From NCBI GenBank assembly GCA_964057225.1, contig OZ059894.1:16058001-16122000 (forward strand): a DNA stretch of 64,000 nt. The letters are read 5' to 3'. This DNA comes from Auanema rhodensis (taxonomy: Eukaryota; Animalia; Nematoda). Each line of letters begins with the position of its first letter. Position 1 is the stretch's first letter. Positions 1 through 13,394 of this stretch are shown here, one piece after another. The notes beneath the pieces are model-generated. The model did not search any database and had not been told where the DNA came from. It saw only the letters and a program-made list of their open reading frames with translations. The translations under genes were made by a program, and so were the position numbers.

Positions 1-2292
1 AGAGAGAAGATACAAGAAAGAGCTTACGTCAAAGATCGCGTTTCAGGAAAAAAAACTAATTTCATGCATCAGATAGTAGATGAGTGAAATGTTGTAGAAG
101 TTAGTTTCTCATTTTCGGTAACAATATAAACGAAACTTACTAATAAAATAAATAGGAAATACAGATAGATTTGATAGATTGTAAAATGAGGTAAAATCGG
201 GATAAACATTAAAAGACAAGGTAACCTGCTCCAGGGGTAGTGGCATGCCTAAATAGGCTCCTATTTGTCTCCTGAAGGACATGAACCATTCATTAGGTTT
301 GCCAGGTACTCTATAGGCTACTGTCCATTTTGTCCCTCAAACCTATTCCCTTCTCCTCTCTCCTTCTCTCTTAACTCAAGTCTCCTCTCATCTTCCAGCA
401 TTCTTAAATGGTAGCCACTTAGATATGACCGGAAAGATTATAATAAGGTTTTCGGTTCATATGTGTCCATATTTGAGTGTAAGTCCTCTCAGATTCTATT
501 CAGATGAATTTACCTCAATGTCTTCTAATGTGTAGGGACTTGAAGCCTCTTTACTCTCGAAAAGATGGTTTGCTTCTAAAAGGAAATGAGCTACCCATTA
601 AACGATAGATTATTTGGCTCCAAAACAGCAATAACACACATTTCAAAAAGTGAAAAGATGAAATGAGATAAACCGAGAGAAACAATAGAAAATAAAAATA
701 AAAGAGGGCTCAAAAGGAAAAAACCATAAATACGACAAAAAAAAAGAGAATTTCCTCTGTGATTCGTGAACTGAAACCACAACGACCATGTAAAGCTTTC
801 ATGCTCGTTTTTGCTTTTATAAAAGATGATGGTAGCAGCTGGTCAGGCAGTTAGTCAGTTACTGCCAGCTATGCTCATAATGTGTATCTTATACATCTGA
901 AGAATGAATATCTTCTTTTGGTTGTCTGTTCTCTCTTCATCTTTCCTTCTATTATTCTATCAACGTTATCTTATTGCTACAGATCTTATTAAAAACCGTG
1001 ACGAAACGCAATTAAATGACGAGACGTAATTAATATTAAGCAAATCTATCTAAGGAGTTAATGAGAATATAAGATGAGTCCACCACAAGACATATAGCAT
1101 AGACAATGAAATAAGAACATATCAATTCATTTCTTTACAATCTATTACATTAACATAACTATATGTATATGCATATATATATATATATAAACATATGCTT
1201 AACTATAGAATAAGGTATAGATTAAGATCAATAGATAATAATTAGTTTGTTTTATGAGATATATCTATATCTATCTATATATATTGCTGATTGTTTATAA
1301 AAATAGATTAAAAGCTATTATTTTCATAAACAATATTAGAATGCAATTGATTGAAACAGTAAAATGAAAATTACTTTAAGATTTTATAATTATAAGAATA
1401 ATTCAATTATAGAAAATAATTATATATAGCCAATAGAAATGCTCCAAATGAGCTATGTTTATTTAGATTTTAAATTCATTATGATATTATTAATTTTTTT
1501 TCAATGTTTTTCACAAATTCAATCTAATATTCCAAAAGAATCGGATGTAAATATTAACGTTTCACGCAAATACTCAGTATTTCCTTTTCAGTTCATGAAG
1601 ATACACTGGTTGCGTTTTGTAAATTACATGATATAAGACTAAATTGATAAATTATTTCTACATTTCTATAATATATGAATTATTTGGTTTATTTATGAAT
1701 TTTAACAATTATTATTTTAGTCAACATCTTGACAAATAGCTAGAAAAAGCGAGTGAAACACAATTACGATGACCTATTGAAGAAACAGATTACGTAACCG
1801 TATGGCACATCCCTAACAGACAGCTGAGATTCTGTGAATTTGTATAAAGGAAAGGTCGAGCCCAGATTGGGGATTACCAACCAGCCTATCCTCCTAGAAC
1901 CAGCTATGAACCAAATGTCGCTGGGAAAATTGGCAACCAAGAAAAATACTTGAATGCAGTCACAATAATTCTTCTTCAAAAGTAATCTGTGAATCTCACC
2001 ACCATTAAGATCCCCTGTTCTGTGTTCAGTACTACAATGTTCTACAGTTATAACACATTGTTGGTTCTACAAAGTTTTATTCAGCAATAGTACACTCAGA
2101 CACTCGAAGAGTGGACAATGAAAGTACAAAGAATGAAATGTTTGAACGTAACAATTGCTTTTTTTCACTAAGAGCTTAACCGAGTTCGGAAGAGAAAATC
2201 CACAAGAGTTATTAATCGAATTTATTAGATAATTAACTACAAAGCACTGAGATGAAATGGGCTCTGCAGGGTATATTTAAAATATATGCAAT

Positions 2293-5200
2293 CTAATAGT
2301 AAGTCTCTCTTTCGACCCATCCTCCTGGATAACGACGAATAAGGTAACGACGGATTTCGTCATAGATGAAGATGATGATGGAGAATGGAAGAGCACAGAA
2401 CCACCAGGAGAATCTATAAATACGTTGAAATTAATCCGAATATTCATTGAATTTATTTACCTGAGTCCATACATACGGAGACCGTTGTCAAGTCCAGGGC
2501 AGTAGCACATGAACCAGGCAAGAGCGGTTTCGAAGACAAGACCGAAGTTAAGAGTCCAGTTACCCATACCTTGTTGAACAAGGGAGTTTCTACGGGTCTT
2601 AGAGATGATCAAATCAGCCCATTGTACAACGACAATAGAAACGAAGTAGGCGGTTTGGCAGGTGTGTTCAAGGATCTTGCGGTTAGCGAAAGTCTAAAAT
2701 ACGAAGTTGAGATTAGAGCTTACAAATTAGACTGCTTACCCATTCTTGTCCGTAAGAGTCCTCGACGTTGTTGTAAGCACGGGAATCCCATTGAGAACGG
2801 ATTTGATAGAGGTCTTTGGGCCAGAATCCGTTATCAGCCATAATCCAGAAATAGGTGAAGAAACCAGCAGAAGCCTAGACATTAATTTTTGAATTTTAAT
2901 TCTGAAGTATATATTTCTTACCTGGATCATACCGATCTGACCATAAGCCAAAGAAATAAGACGTTCGTTTACAAGTTTGTCACGGACGGGGTCACGAGGT
3001 TGACGCTTCATGATGTCGGATTCAGCCTCTTCGTAAGCCAAGGAGATAGCAGGAACCATGTCAGTTCCGAGATCAATGCAGAGAATGGTGACAGTTCCGA
3101 GAGGAAGTGGAATACCGAAGAGCATGTAAGTCAAGAATGGAGAGATTTCGGGAATGTTGGAGGTGAGAGTGTAAGCGATGGATTTCTTGAGGTTATCGAA
3201 AATAAGACGTCCCTAAAATTTTCAAAATAAATTTTGTAAGTTTTAACGACAGAAACAAACCTCTTCGACTCCGACAACGATAGAAGCGAAGTTATCATCG
3301 AGAAGAATCATGTCAGCGGCTTGTTTAGAAACATCAGATCCAGCAATACCCATAGCAACTCCGATATCAGCCTTCTTGAGAGCAGGAGAGTCATTGACTC
3401 CATCTCCAGTTACGGCGACAATTTGTCCTTGAGCTTGGAAGGCTTCGACGATAACGAGCTTTTGTTGTGGGGAAGTACGGGCGAATACAATTTCTGAGTG
3501 GTGACGGATAACCTAAAATATAAGATTAGAAACGATTGTGTTTAAATTACTTACATTAGCTAATTGTTCTTCGTCCATCTCACGCAAGTCGGAACCGTGG
3601 ATAACGGCAGCCTTAGCTTCACGGGGGTCAACTTGATCAACTGGGATTCCTCTGCGGACAGCAATATCTTCGACAGTTTCAGTTCCCTCGCTGATAATTC
3701 CTACGGACTTGGCAATAGCTTTAGCGGTGATAGGGTGATCTCCGGTGACCATTACGACTTTAATTCCAGCAGAACGGCACTTAGCGACAGCATCAGGTAC
3801 AGCGGCACGTGGAGGGTCAATCATAGACATAAGACCAACAAAACGGAGACCCTTGAGTGGGAAGTTAACATCTTCAGTATCGAATTTGAATCCCTTGGGG
3901 AATTGGTCCTTTGGCAATTTGAAGTCGCAGAATCTATAAAGTTAGAAATTAGGTAAGTGAAAATGAGGCATAAGTGTACCCAAGTACACGTTCTCCCATT
4001 CCTCCGAGCTCAAGGTAGGCATCGTTGAATTCTTCACGTTTCTTCTCATCGAGCTGTTCTTCCTTTCCTTGGAGAAGGATGGTGGAGCAGACATCAAGAA
4101 TTCTCTCTGGGGCTCCCTTCATAACAAGAAGATACTCCTCCATGTCTGGGACGTCGTGGATAGAAACTTGGTATTTATTGGTAGAGTTGAATGGAATTTC
4201 AGCAATCTTAGGGTGCTTCTCACGAACAGCCATGATGTTACCCTAAAGTTCTTAAAATTAGTTAAACTGTGAATTAGCTTGATACCTGGGAAAGTTCAGT
4301 GAACTTAAGAAGAGCGATTTCAGAAGCATCTCCAGTACAGTCACGCTTAAGAACTGGGACGTCTTGTTGTCCTCCCTTGAACTCAGCTCTATTACAGAGG
4401 GAAGCAACGCGGAGAAGAGCGTTGAAGGTTTCTCCAGATTTCTTACCAGAGCTAGAGCTCTGGTTCTCAGTGGTGTCACATTCCTCGATCTTTTGGTCAT
4501 ACCACATGTGAGCGACAGTCATTCTGTTTTGGGTAAGAGTTCCGGTCTTATCAGAACAGATGGTAGAGGTAGATCCAAGAGTTTCTACAGCTTCTAAGTT
4601 CTTGACCAAGCAGTTCTTACTGGCCATTCTCTTGGCAGTGAGAGTCAAACAGACAGTTACAGTAGCAATCAATCCTTCGGGTACGTTGGCGACAATGATA
4701 CCGATGAGGAAAACAACAGCGGTAAGCCAGTGATATCCAAGAACGAAAGCAATGATGAAAAATGTAACTCCGAGGAAAACGGCTACTCCAGTGATGATAT
4801 GAATGAAGTGCTCGATTTCACGGGCGATGGGGGTCATTCCTGTGTCCAATCCAGAAGCCAAGTGAGCAATACGTCCCATAACCTATAGAAATTAACTGCT
4901 CAAAAGCCCTTTAAGATATTATCTTACAGTTCTGTCTCCAGTGAAAACGACGATACCCTTGCAGGTACCTTCGACAGCATTGGTAGAGAAGAAAGCAACA
5001 TTACGGGTCTCAAGTGGGTTGTCATTGGTGCAATCAGGGGAGCGACTCTGTGGTTCAGATTCTCCAGTCAAAGAAGAGTTATCGACCTTAAGATGAGACG
5101 TAGCGAAATCAGTCACACTTTTCCATTACCTTGAATCCGAAAGCAGAGATAACACGGATATCAGCTGGAACACGATCTCCACCCTTAACCTCGACGATAT

Positions 5201-5982
5201 CTCCAACAACAAGTTGTTCGGTGTGGATTTGCTTCTTCTGGCCATCACGGTAGACAAGTGCGAACTGAATTGGAAATATTGAACTAAGATGCTAAGCAAG
5301 GACAATAGTCTTACAGTGGGGACCATGTTCTTGAAGGAGTCCATGATTTTGCTAGACTTGCTTTCTTGGAAATATTGGAAACAACCAGTAATGATAACGA
5401 CACTCATAAGTACAATTCCCAGGTAGAGGTTATCCTTTGATGGGTATTCCATGGTGAAGCAATCGACACCGTAAGCGATGTAACATAAGATAGCTCCAAC
5501 CTGAAACATATTATGTTCACTTTATATAAATTTCATTTTTCAAACCCAGAGGAGCATGGCAAATCCTCCGAACAAGTTCTTACAGAACTTAACCCACTCT
5601 GGAGTAGTCTTTGGTGGGGACAAGGCATTAGGTCCATCTCTGTCAAGATGTTCCTGAGCCTTTTGAGTAGTCAGACCCTGAAAACAATGTCATCAGATTA
5701 TGATTAAAAGTTCTTCTGCTATACAGAAAGATAAGCATTTATTTGAATTATTGATTTTGAAAAATGATACTTTTATTGTATTAAAATCATAAAGATAATT
5801 TCACTTACAGTTTCGATATTGGTTCCATATCTGACTGCCAACTCATCCAGAGTGATCTTATGTTCGTCCTATAAACGAGAATAAGTCTTTGCATCAAAGA
5901 TAAAACATTTTCTGCATACCATTTGGACTTCCTGTTTCAATTCTTTCATATCATTTGACTTCGCTTCCTTGGTCTTCCCCAT
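2293..5982 (-). CDS. eat-6: Na+/K+-ATPase alpha subunit (multi-exon)
   Basis: Spliced translation starts [21 protein letters not shown]. It contains [15 protein letters not shown] (phospho-Asp), [27 protein letters not shown] and TGDGVND, and ends ...VERETYY-TAG (2293-2295). A TTTTCAG acceptor lies 7 nt before the ATG. Confidence 0.97.
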
Positions 5983-6847
5983 GTTTGACCTGAAAAATAA
6001 AATAATGTAAAAACAACATGGTTTTATCGAAAGCGAATATGAAGACTAGAAAATACGAGAACGAGGAAAATCATTAAATTCAACGAGTTGTTGGAAGATG
6101 TCTACATCCAAGTTTAGAAAAAGATGGCAGCGCAAGCGGTCGCGTCGCGACTTAGCTCTTCAAAGTCGAGCTGCTCATGAATGAAGTAAGCTCCAGTATC
6201 TCATGGAAACCTCAATCTAAACGTTGGATGCTTAGAAACATCGAGAGCGTTTCGTATATTAGAATCGATATAAGACAGAACAAGTCGAAAATCTTTCGCC
6301 GACATAAGGTGCTGATAGATGACACGGAAACTCCAGCTGCAACCTGGCGCAAAATCGATTACAACTTAGCCCACTCTCAAAGAAGCAACATTACAGCATG
6401 CAAACTTTCAAATTAATCTAAACGGATTCGGAATGCACTAGCTAAAGAATATGTTGGAAAATTTGGCCAATCCGTTTCAAACTTTACAACCTTTAGAAAC
6501 GTTTGCTCGCTGCTAGCGGAGTGCTAGCGCTTGCAACTTATTGGTAGGCAAAGGTACAACAGACGAATGGAGATATAAGCAGTAGGAAGCTTCGAACTAA
6601 TTTAGTTTGTTCAGCATCGAAAAGCTAAAAGATAAACAGAGGAAGGGGCGAAAGCAAAGAGAGTGAGGGAAAGTTCTGAGACGAAAAGGAGGAAGGACTA
6701 GGCGAAGGTGCTATTGACCGCGGCCTGGCAGCTAGATGTGAAAGGCATAGCATTCGCTTAAGAGACGCAGACGACAGAAAGCAAATGAATAGCGCAATCG
6801 ATAATAGCTGGGCTGCACCACTGCCACGAAGCACATAGAAAGATGAA

Positions 6848-6886
6848 GAGAAAGCTGAAAACAGAGAAAGCTGAAAACAGAGAAAG
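6848..6886. repeat. Short tandem repeat (gagaaagctgaaaaca x ~2.4)
   Basis: Directly visible 16-bp direct repeat upstream of eat-6. Confidence 0.8.
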
Positions 6887-9626
6887 AGAGGGACAAGAAA
6901 GAGAAGTTCTGGCTGCGTTTTCACAAAGCGCAATGTAATGGCATACATAGCATACAATATTCTTAGGCGGACAGTCTTTTAATAACTTTGCCGTCAGAGC
7001 AATTAGCATCGCTGTGGAAACTTCCCCGATGTCTTGGGAAAAATTGCCTTGTTTGATGGCAATGTATTGATACGGCATCCATTTTAGTTTTGTTTTGAGG
7101 GAATCGATTCTTTCACGAAGACGCGACTAAAAGCAGAGCACGAGTAAGAACAAGATTTGAATAGTTCGGCTTTAAACCTCCTGAGAAATCTCGGACAAAA
7201 TTTAGGTATTGAAGGTTCAGTGCCAAAAACTTTTGAATACTTGCATGCCGTTTACAAGCTGAGCTCGAGTAGCTATCCTTAGAGCAATCTTTAAGCTATG
7301 CTAATTATAAAAAGATTTGATTAAAAAAGTTATAAAAATTCTATAAATCTACTGAATACGCTAAAAAGTTGGAAAATTGAAGTTACCCTTCAAATTTTGC
7401 CAGACGATAGTTGTTTATTGTCACCTGAACTCATTGTTAGATGATGAGAATAGAAGCAGGCAGAAAACCGGTCCTCCTCTATTTCTCTAATTTGTGCGCC
7501 CGGAAGTTGCCTTGACAATTATTGTTGTCTATTTACATCTTACTCTAAAGATAGCTAGAAAAACATAGGCCGGGAATTTGGAAGAATGCTAAATAAGGAG
7601 GAGTGTCAGCGTGGATATATGAGTGTTGTCGAAAGCTGTAAAAACATTCTCAAAGTGATTATTCTGGTCATTTGAAGTGACATACATCATCGAAGAGATG
7701 ATAAAACAATATATATTGTATGAAAACCTTTAAGGAGAAGCTTAAGAAATAATTGTTTATGAAGAAGGCTTTGAATATTAAAAGAACTTGGTGCTCGCAA
7801 CAATCAAGCAAACAAGTCTGTTGGCTTCTCGAAGCGAAGAAAAGATTCTTCTTCTACAAACAGTACCCAAACAATGAAATGAAGTCAATAAAATAATCCA
7901 CAAACTGTTGGGCCATAAGAAAATGCCTAGTTGAAACAGAAAAGAAAAAGAAAAGAAGCAAACATTGTATGGAAAAGTTCCCTAAGAAATCCTTAAAAGT
8001 CATAGCAACAATTCTATACTACACCCTAATCGTCTTCAGAATATGCAAACACTATGTACATGTTATCTATGTTATCAGGGTACTAGCAACGCATTATGGC
8101 AAAACGTAATTAAAAAGCTGATAAGACGTCGAATTGCTAACATTAGATACATACGGTTGACTTCTAAATGTATCTTATGATTCGTGTCACCTCTCAATAA
8201 AATCATAGAAAATGAATTCCATAAAAGATGAAAGAACAGAATAATGCTTATAATGATAGCACTACCGGAACGAAAACTTCAAAACTCACGTCAATACAAT
8301 TGAAAATCAAGTCAAAATGCTAATTATAGAATTGGCGAGAGCTAAAAACTTCTTGTCTGTTGGACTAAAAGAAGAAGAAGTCTTTCTTGTTCGTCACTCT
8401 GTCTATACATACAGTCAATATAGTGAACAAGATGATAGGAGAAAACGGAAACGGTGAACACAGTAGTACATGAGGATAGCGATGAAGTTGATATCATTTG
8501 ATGGGCACGTTGAGAAATCAACGAAGAACTGTTGATCCGTACAATTTAGACGGAAAAGAGAAACGTATAGATGCTAACGGAAAGAGGAGGTGAAAGGAAA
8601 TATGATCTATCAAACTCACGGTCTACAATGAGAGACATAGATACAATAGTTTTGAGAGAAAGCGTACGAGAGACAATACGTTGATCAGAGAGGGTCGATT
8701 GATCGTGGGTTCATCGCTTGAGAAATCATTGATTTGTTTGTTCGGAAATGTCTTTTCAATGTGAAAGGCAGACACAGGCAGCGTGTTTCGAAGTAGCTAT
8801 CTTTAGAATCTTTAAATGGTATTGTGGATATATTCTTAAAGAATTATGTATTGTTCAGTTATAACATAGGAAAACGTAAAGTAAATAAGGTAGATTGACA
8901 TAACTGAAATTGACGTCGATGTTCAGCACAAAACCGTCAAATGAACTCCATCAAAGACAGCGATCAACACGGGTCATTCGGGTTCAGGCATCGTAGTGGA
9001 ACAATTTCGGGTTTTCTTCATTACTTTAACAGTTGCTACTTTTAAGAATCCTTTTTTTTTAATTCCCAAATGATTCCAATACGTCTAATCATTAAAGGAC
9101 AAAATAAAAAATAACTTTTTTTTTCGATAAAAATAGAATACAGATGGTTATTTGAATGAAAAGTGTAAATGTTTAACATTGCCATTTAGTTAGTCACTTT
9201 TTTAGATAAAGAGTTTTTGTCTGGGAAAGACAGTGCAAACGAAATATCTAAGGATGAATTCACATCTGGCTCTGCAGCCAAGTTGAATCATCTGGATGAA
9301 CCCTTGAAAACATTGTACGGTATTTAAAATAGACAAAGGGTTCTTCTCATTTAATCTGAAGAGACAAACATTAAATTCGATTGAGAAAAAAGGATAAATG
9401 TCAAAACAAATTCCAACCGGTCATTGTGCTCATGAGCCAAAAAAGTTGAAACATTTCACGCCACGTCACGCGCGTCAAATTAGATTTTTATTTTATTAAC
9501 ACAATTAGATTTAATCGGTTCATTCTACAATTACTTCACCGAAAATCTTAAAAATAATTCTTTTCTTTCGTCGAAATCAATATTGATTGAAAGAAAAGAA
9601 GTTTTTTTTAAATAAAATATCTTCAA

Positions 9627-11052
9627 ATGATATCTTTTGTTCTACTGCTGAACTTTCTACTGACTTGCCTGTCTACAATAGTGATCTTAAAATGCTTCAA
9701 AAAGCCGGTAAGTATATTGAATATTGGTTTCTAATAATTTCTTTTTTTTTGTTTTGTTAAAAATTAAAATTAGAATTGTTTTTTGTTGTTATTATAGAAG
9801 ACACCTCAAGTCACCGAAACAACTACTACTCAACAGTATAACCAGGTCATTATTCAACTTATACTTTTGAAATAATTAAAAGTAAAAAGTTAGCATATAG
9901 AGAGAATGAAAACTTTACAGACAAAACAAAGTAGAAAATGCAGGACAGAAACAGAAGATAGACGTAGTTCCGATGAAAATTTATCAAGAGATGAAAAGCA
10001 TGGCAAAGAAAGGCATGGAAAAGTACGAATATGGTAGGCAGAAACATAATTGAATTTCGTTTTCTTCCAGCATGATACGCAAACGACTAGAACGAACGAG
10101 CAGGTAAAAGAAAGACACTATGAATCTGTGAGAAAACGTTTTCGAATGATGAAAATTGCGTTGCGACAAACAATTACAGAAAACGAAAAAGGAAGATGAC
10201 AGAAAGACATTACTAAACGAGAAAAAGATTGAAAATAGCAAGAAGAAAGAAATTAAAATAGAACAGAAGGATCAGATAGGTGACTATGAGAAGGTCATAA
10301 AATGGTTTCAAAACTTTCTATCAATTCTCGTTTAATACATACATGCATTCAAAATGACATTGATACAGATGACGGATGATAAGCTCGCAGACAACAGCTC
10401 AGATGACTCAAAAGAAAAGGATAAAGAAAAGATAAAGGAAATTGAAAAAGTGGACAATAAACAAAGTAAAATAGGTATATATTATTTATATTTATGATTA
10501 ATTATATGTTGTATTCATATTATTATTTATTCTAGAAGATAGCAACATCACCAATGTTCAAGAAGATCCTATAAGTGTGTATCCCTCACCCATGGTATGG
10601 AACACAACAAAGGGAGAACAGGTTGGCATGAAATTTTTAATCGAAATATTATGTTTCTTTCCTTTCTCAAGATTTTGACTATAACAAATAAAACAAAAAC
10701 CACATTGGCAATCAAGATGAGATGTTCGAACAATGATATTTACCTGTTAGATGCTACTGAATTGCAGAAAATTTAGAAAAGATAATAATTTTAGGATGGT
10801 GCCAGTCTACTTTCAAATTAAAGGGGAACAAGCTTGCACTGTGAAAGTAACACGATCAGAAGCTCCACCAAGTCCAGATAGAATATCTCTTGTTTCGGCT
10901 GAGGTTTCATTCATTTTTTTTAATTCGATCCCATTTTATAATTCAAGATTGCTTCGGAGTTGACTACTCTGAGAGAAATACAAGCATTCTTTAAAGACTA
11001 TCATGGTTCTACAAATGAGACTAACTTAAATCTTGTACCTGGGGGAAAATAA
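9627..11052 (+). CDS. MSP (major sperm protein)-domain protein with N-terminal hydrophobic anchor and Lys/Glu-rich linker
   Basis: N-terminus MISFVLLLNFLLTCLSTIVILKCFKKP followed by K/E/D-rich exons. C-terminal exons ILTITNKTKTTLAIKMRCSNNDIYLMVPVYFQIKGEQACTVKVTRSEAPPSPDRISLVSAE...NLVPGGK* fit the nematode MSP-domain pattern (xIKxxCSxNxxYxxxPVY). Middle exon boundaries are uncertain. Confidence 0.75.
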
Positions 11053-11165
11053 ATACAAGCTTTTTTGTTTTTATAAATTTTTCATTATATACAAAAAATA
11101 ATTATATTTATAATTTAATGTAAATAAAAGTTAAAGATATACCAAAAAGGGAAAGGGGGATATTT

Positions 11166-13056
11166 CTATAATTTGTAGGAATATGAACCGTTTCGCTTTA
11201 ATGTTTCCGACAACTTATATTCTCGTTCTTTTGGATCTGCAAAAATAACGGAATTATTCTCAAATCTATATCATATAACTTACTTAAATTATGCCAAAGA
11301 ATAACCTTTTCAGCAATATGACGTAGTCCTACGCTTTTAGCCCATTTCATTGGACCTCCTGTGTTTGCAGGCCAACCAAATCCGAGGATACTGTATCATG
11401 AATCAGAATTTAATGTATTATTATCTTAAAACTCACAATAAGATATCAATTAAAGATTCGTCATGTATCATTCCTTCTTCTAAACATAAAAATCCTTCAT
11501 TAATCAAAGGAAATAGAATAAATTCAACAATTTCCTGAAAAAAAAGAAAATCATAGAGTGGGGCGTAACAAGGGATGAAATACCCGATCACACATAAGTT
11601 GAATATTTGGTGAAGCATCAGAAGCCAGTGTTTGAATTAGAAACTCAACAGCTGTATCATTTTCCTTTTTTCTTGTTACTTGATCATATTTATAAAATCC
11701 TTTTCCTATAAAAGAAATAATTGAAAAAAACATGTAAAGATTGGTGTAACCTGTTTTTCTCCCAAAACGTTTTTGCTTCAAAAATTCGGTTTCCAAACTG
11801 TTTAGAGGAACATTATTTTCATTTTTTACTTTTATGGCAACGTCTAATCCTAAATATTGTATTAATATAATTAAGATTATAAAAAATAATTGTTAACCAT
11901 TCATATCAATCAATGTGATAGGTCCCATTAGAAATCCTTGATGTGTTATGATATTATCAATATCCTTAGGTAATAAGCCATATTCATACAACAGCTTCAT
12001 TGACTAAATATATGCCAAATTTCATAAATATTAAAACGTTATAAATGATAGACCTGGCCAATATACACTGCTAGGAGACGATTAAACACAAAATTTGGAC
12101 AATTTCCAACCAAGACAGCAACCTTAAAGTTTTTATTTTTTCTTAATTATCAATAATAAATATTTTACTTTTTTCATGTCTTGACAAGCTTTAAATGCTG
12201 TTGCTACAGCAGTTCCAGAAGTATAAGATCCGAAGACAATCTCAACAACACGAATAACATGTGGAGGATTGAAAAAATGAATTCCAACAACTCTAGATGG
12301 ATCTTCAATAACGGAGGCCATCTAAAGCTATCAATTAAGTTTTATATACAATAAAAGTAAAAGTCACTTCATCAATGTTCAAACTTGATGTATTTGTTCC
12401 GAAAATAGCTGTTTTTGGAAGAATCCCATCCAATTTTTGGAATAATTCCTTTTTCATGCTCATGTTTTCAAAGATAGCTTCAATAATCTAAAAGAAAACA
12501 AATAAAATATTAGGTTTCTCTTTAAAAAAAACTTTACCAATTGGCAATCTTTCAATAAATCTAAATCTGTAGTATACATCAAAGCATGTGATTTCAATAA
12601 TTGAACATCATTCTCTTTCAATCTTTTCAAAGTTACTTCTCTTTTGATTGTTATATCAATTTCCTTGCGACAAGCTTGAATAGCCTAAAATATTTTTTCA
12701 TTTAATAAAGTAATAAAATAATAAATAATAATTTATTTTTACTTCATATGTGTGTTCAACAACAACTGTTTCATATCCAGCAAGAACTAATGAAATTGCA
12801 ATTCCTCTACCCATCGTACCTAAAGTTATTTATCATTTAGAACTTAAAGATTTTAAGGAAATACCTCCTCCAATTACTCCAACTCGTTTAACTTCAATAG
12901 CAGAACTGTTTCCATGATCATCACCATTAGGAAGAGTCCACTTGAAAAAATTTTAAATAAGAAAAGAATAAATTAAATTTATAATACCTGAGTAGATTTT
13001 ACATAAGCATTTGACATATATTCTTTAACATTAGCAGGTAATTTCAAATGATTCAT
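11166..13056 (-). CDS. 3-hydroxyacyl-CoA dehydrogenase, ech-8/ech-9-like (peroxisomal beta-oxidation)
   Basis: Spliced: MNHLKLPANV...WTLPNGDDHGNSSAIEVKRVGVIGGGTMGRGIA (Rossmann GxGxxG), GTNTSSL, VGIHFFNPPHVIRVVEIV, KRFGRKT.KGFYKYD, FPLINEGFLCLEEG; ends ...GSYSYKL*. Confidence 0.92.
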
Positions 13057-13394
13057 GATAAAAACTTAAATAATTAATATAATTATAAATTATAAGAAGA
13101 AATATATTATATATATGTCTAAATGTATGACAATAGTTGTACAATTCAACAATTTTTATCATTCGATTAACAAAGGTCGAAATGGAAATAGACTACAATG
13201 TAGTCCATCTCAAATAATCATATTATTCCTTAAACTTATTGTTTTACTTTCGGATTGTTTTCCAATTTTAATTTGAATAACTACAAAAAAACTTATAATT
13301 CAACTTTTTCATAACAATAATCATTGAATTTATTGCATTTTCTTCTATAATTGGCTACAGAAAGTTGAAAGTTTTTGAAATAAAAATCATTTAT

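Noticed and set aside
230-2040. Moderately GC-rich patches at 230-600 and 1760-2040
   Set aside because: No recognisable protein, terminal repeats or RNA motifs. Possibly old repeat fragments, but not supportable.
2571-5707. Plus-strand ORFs overlapping eat-6
   Set aside because: Antisense shadow ORFs caused by strong codon bias.
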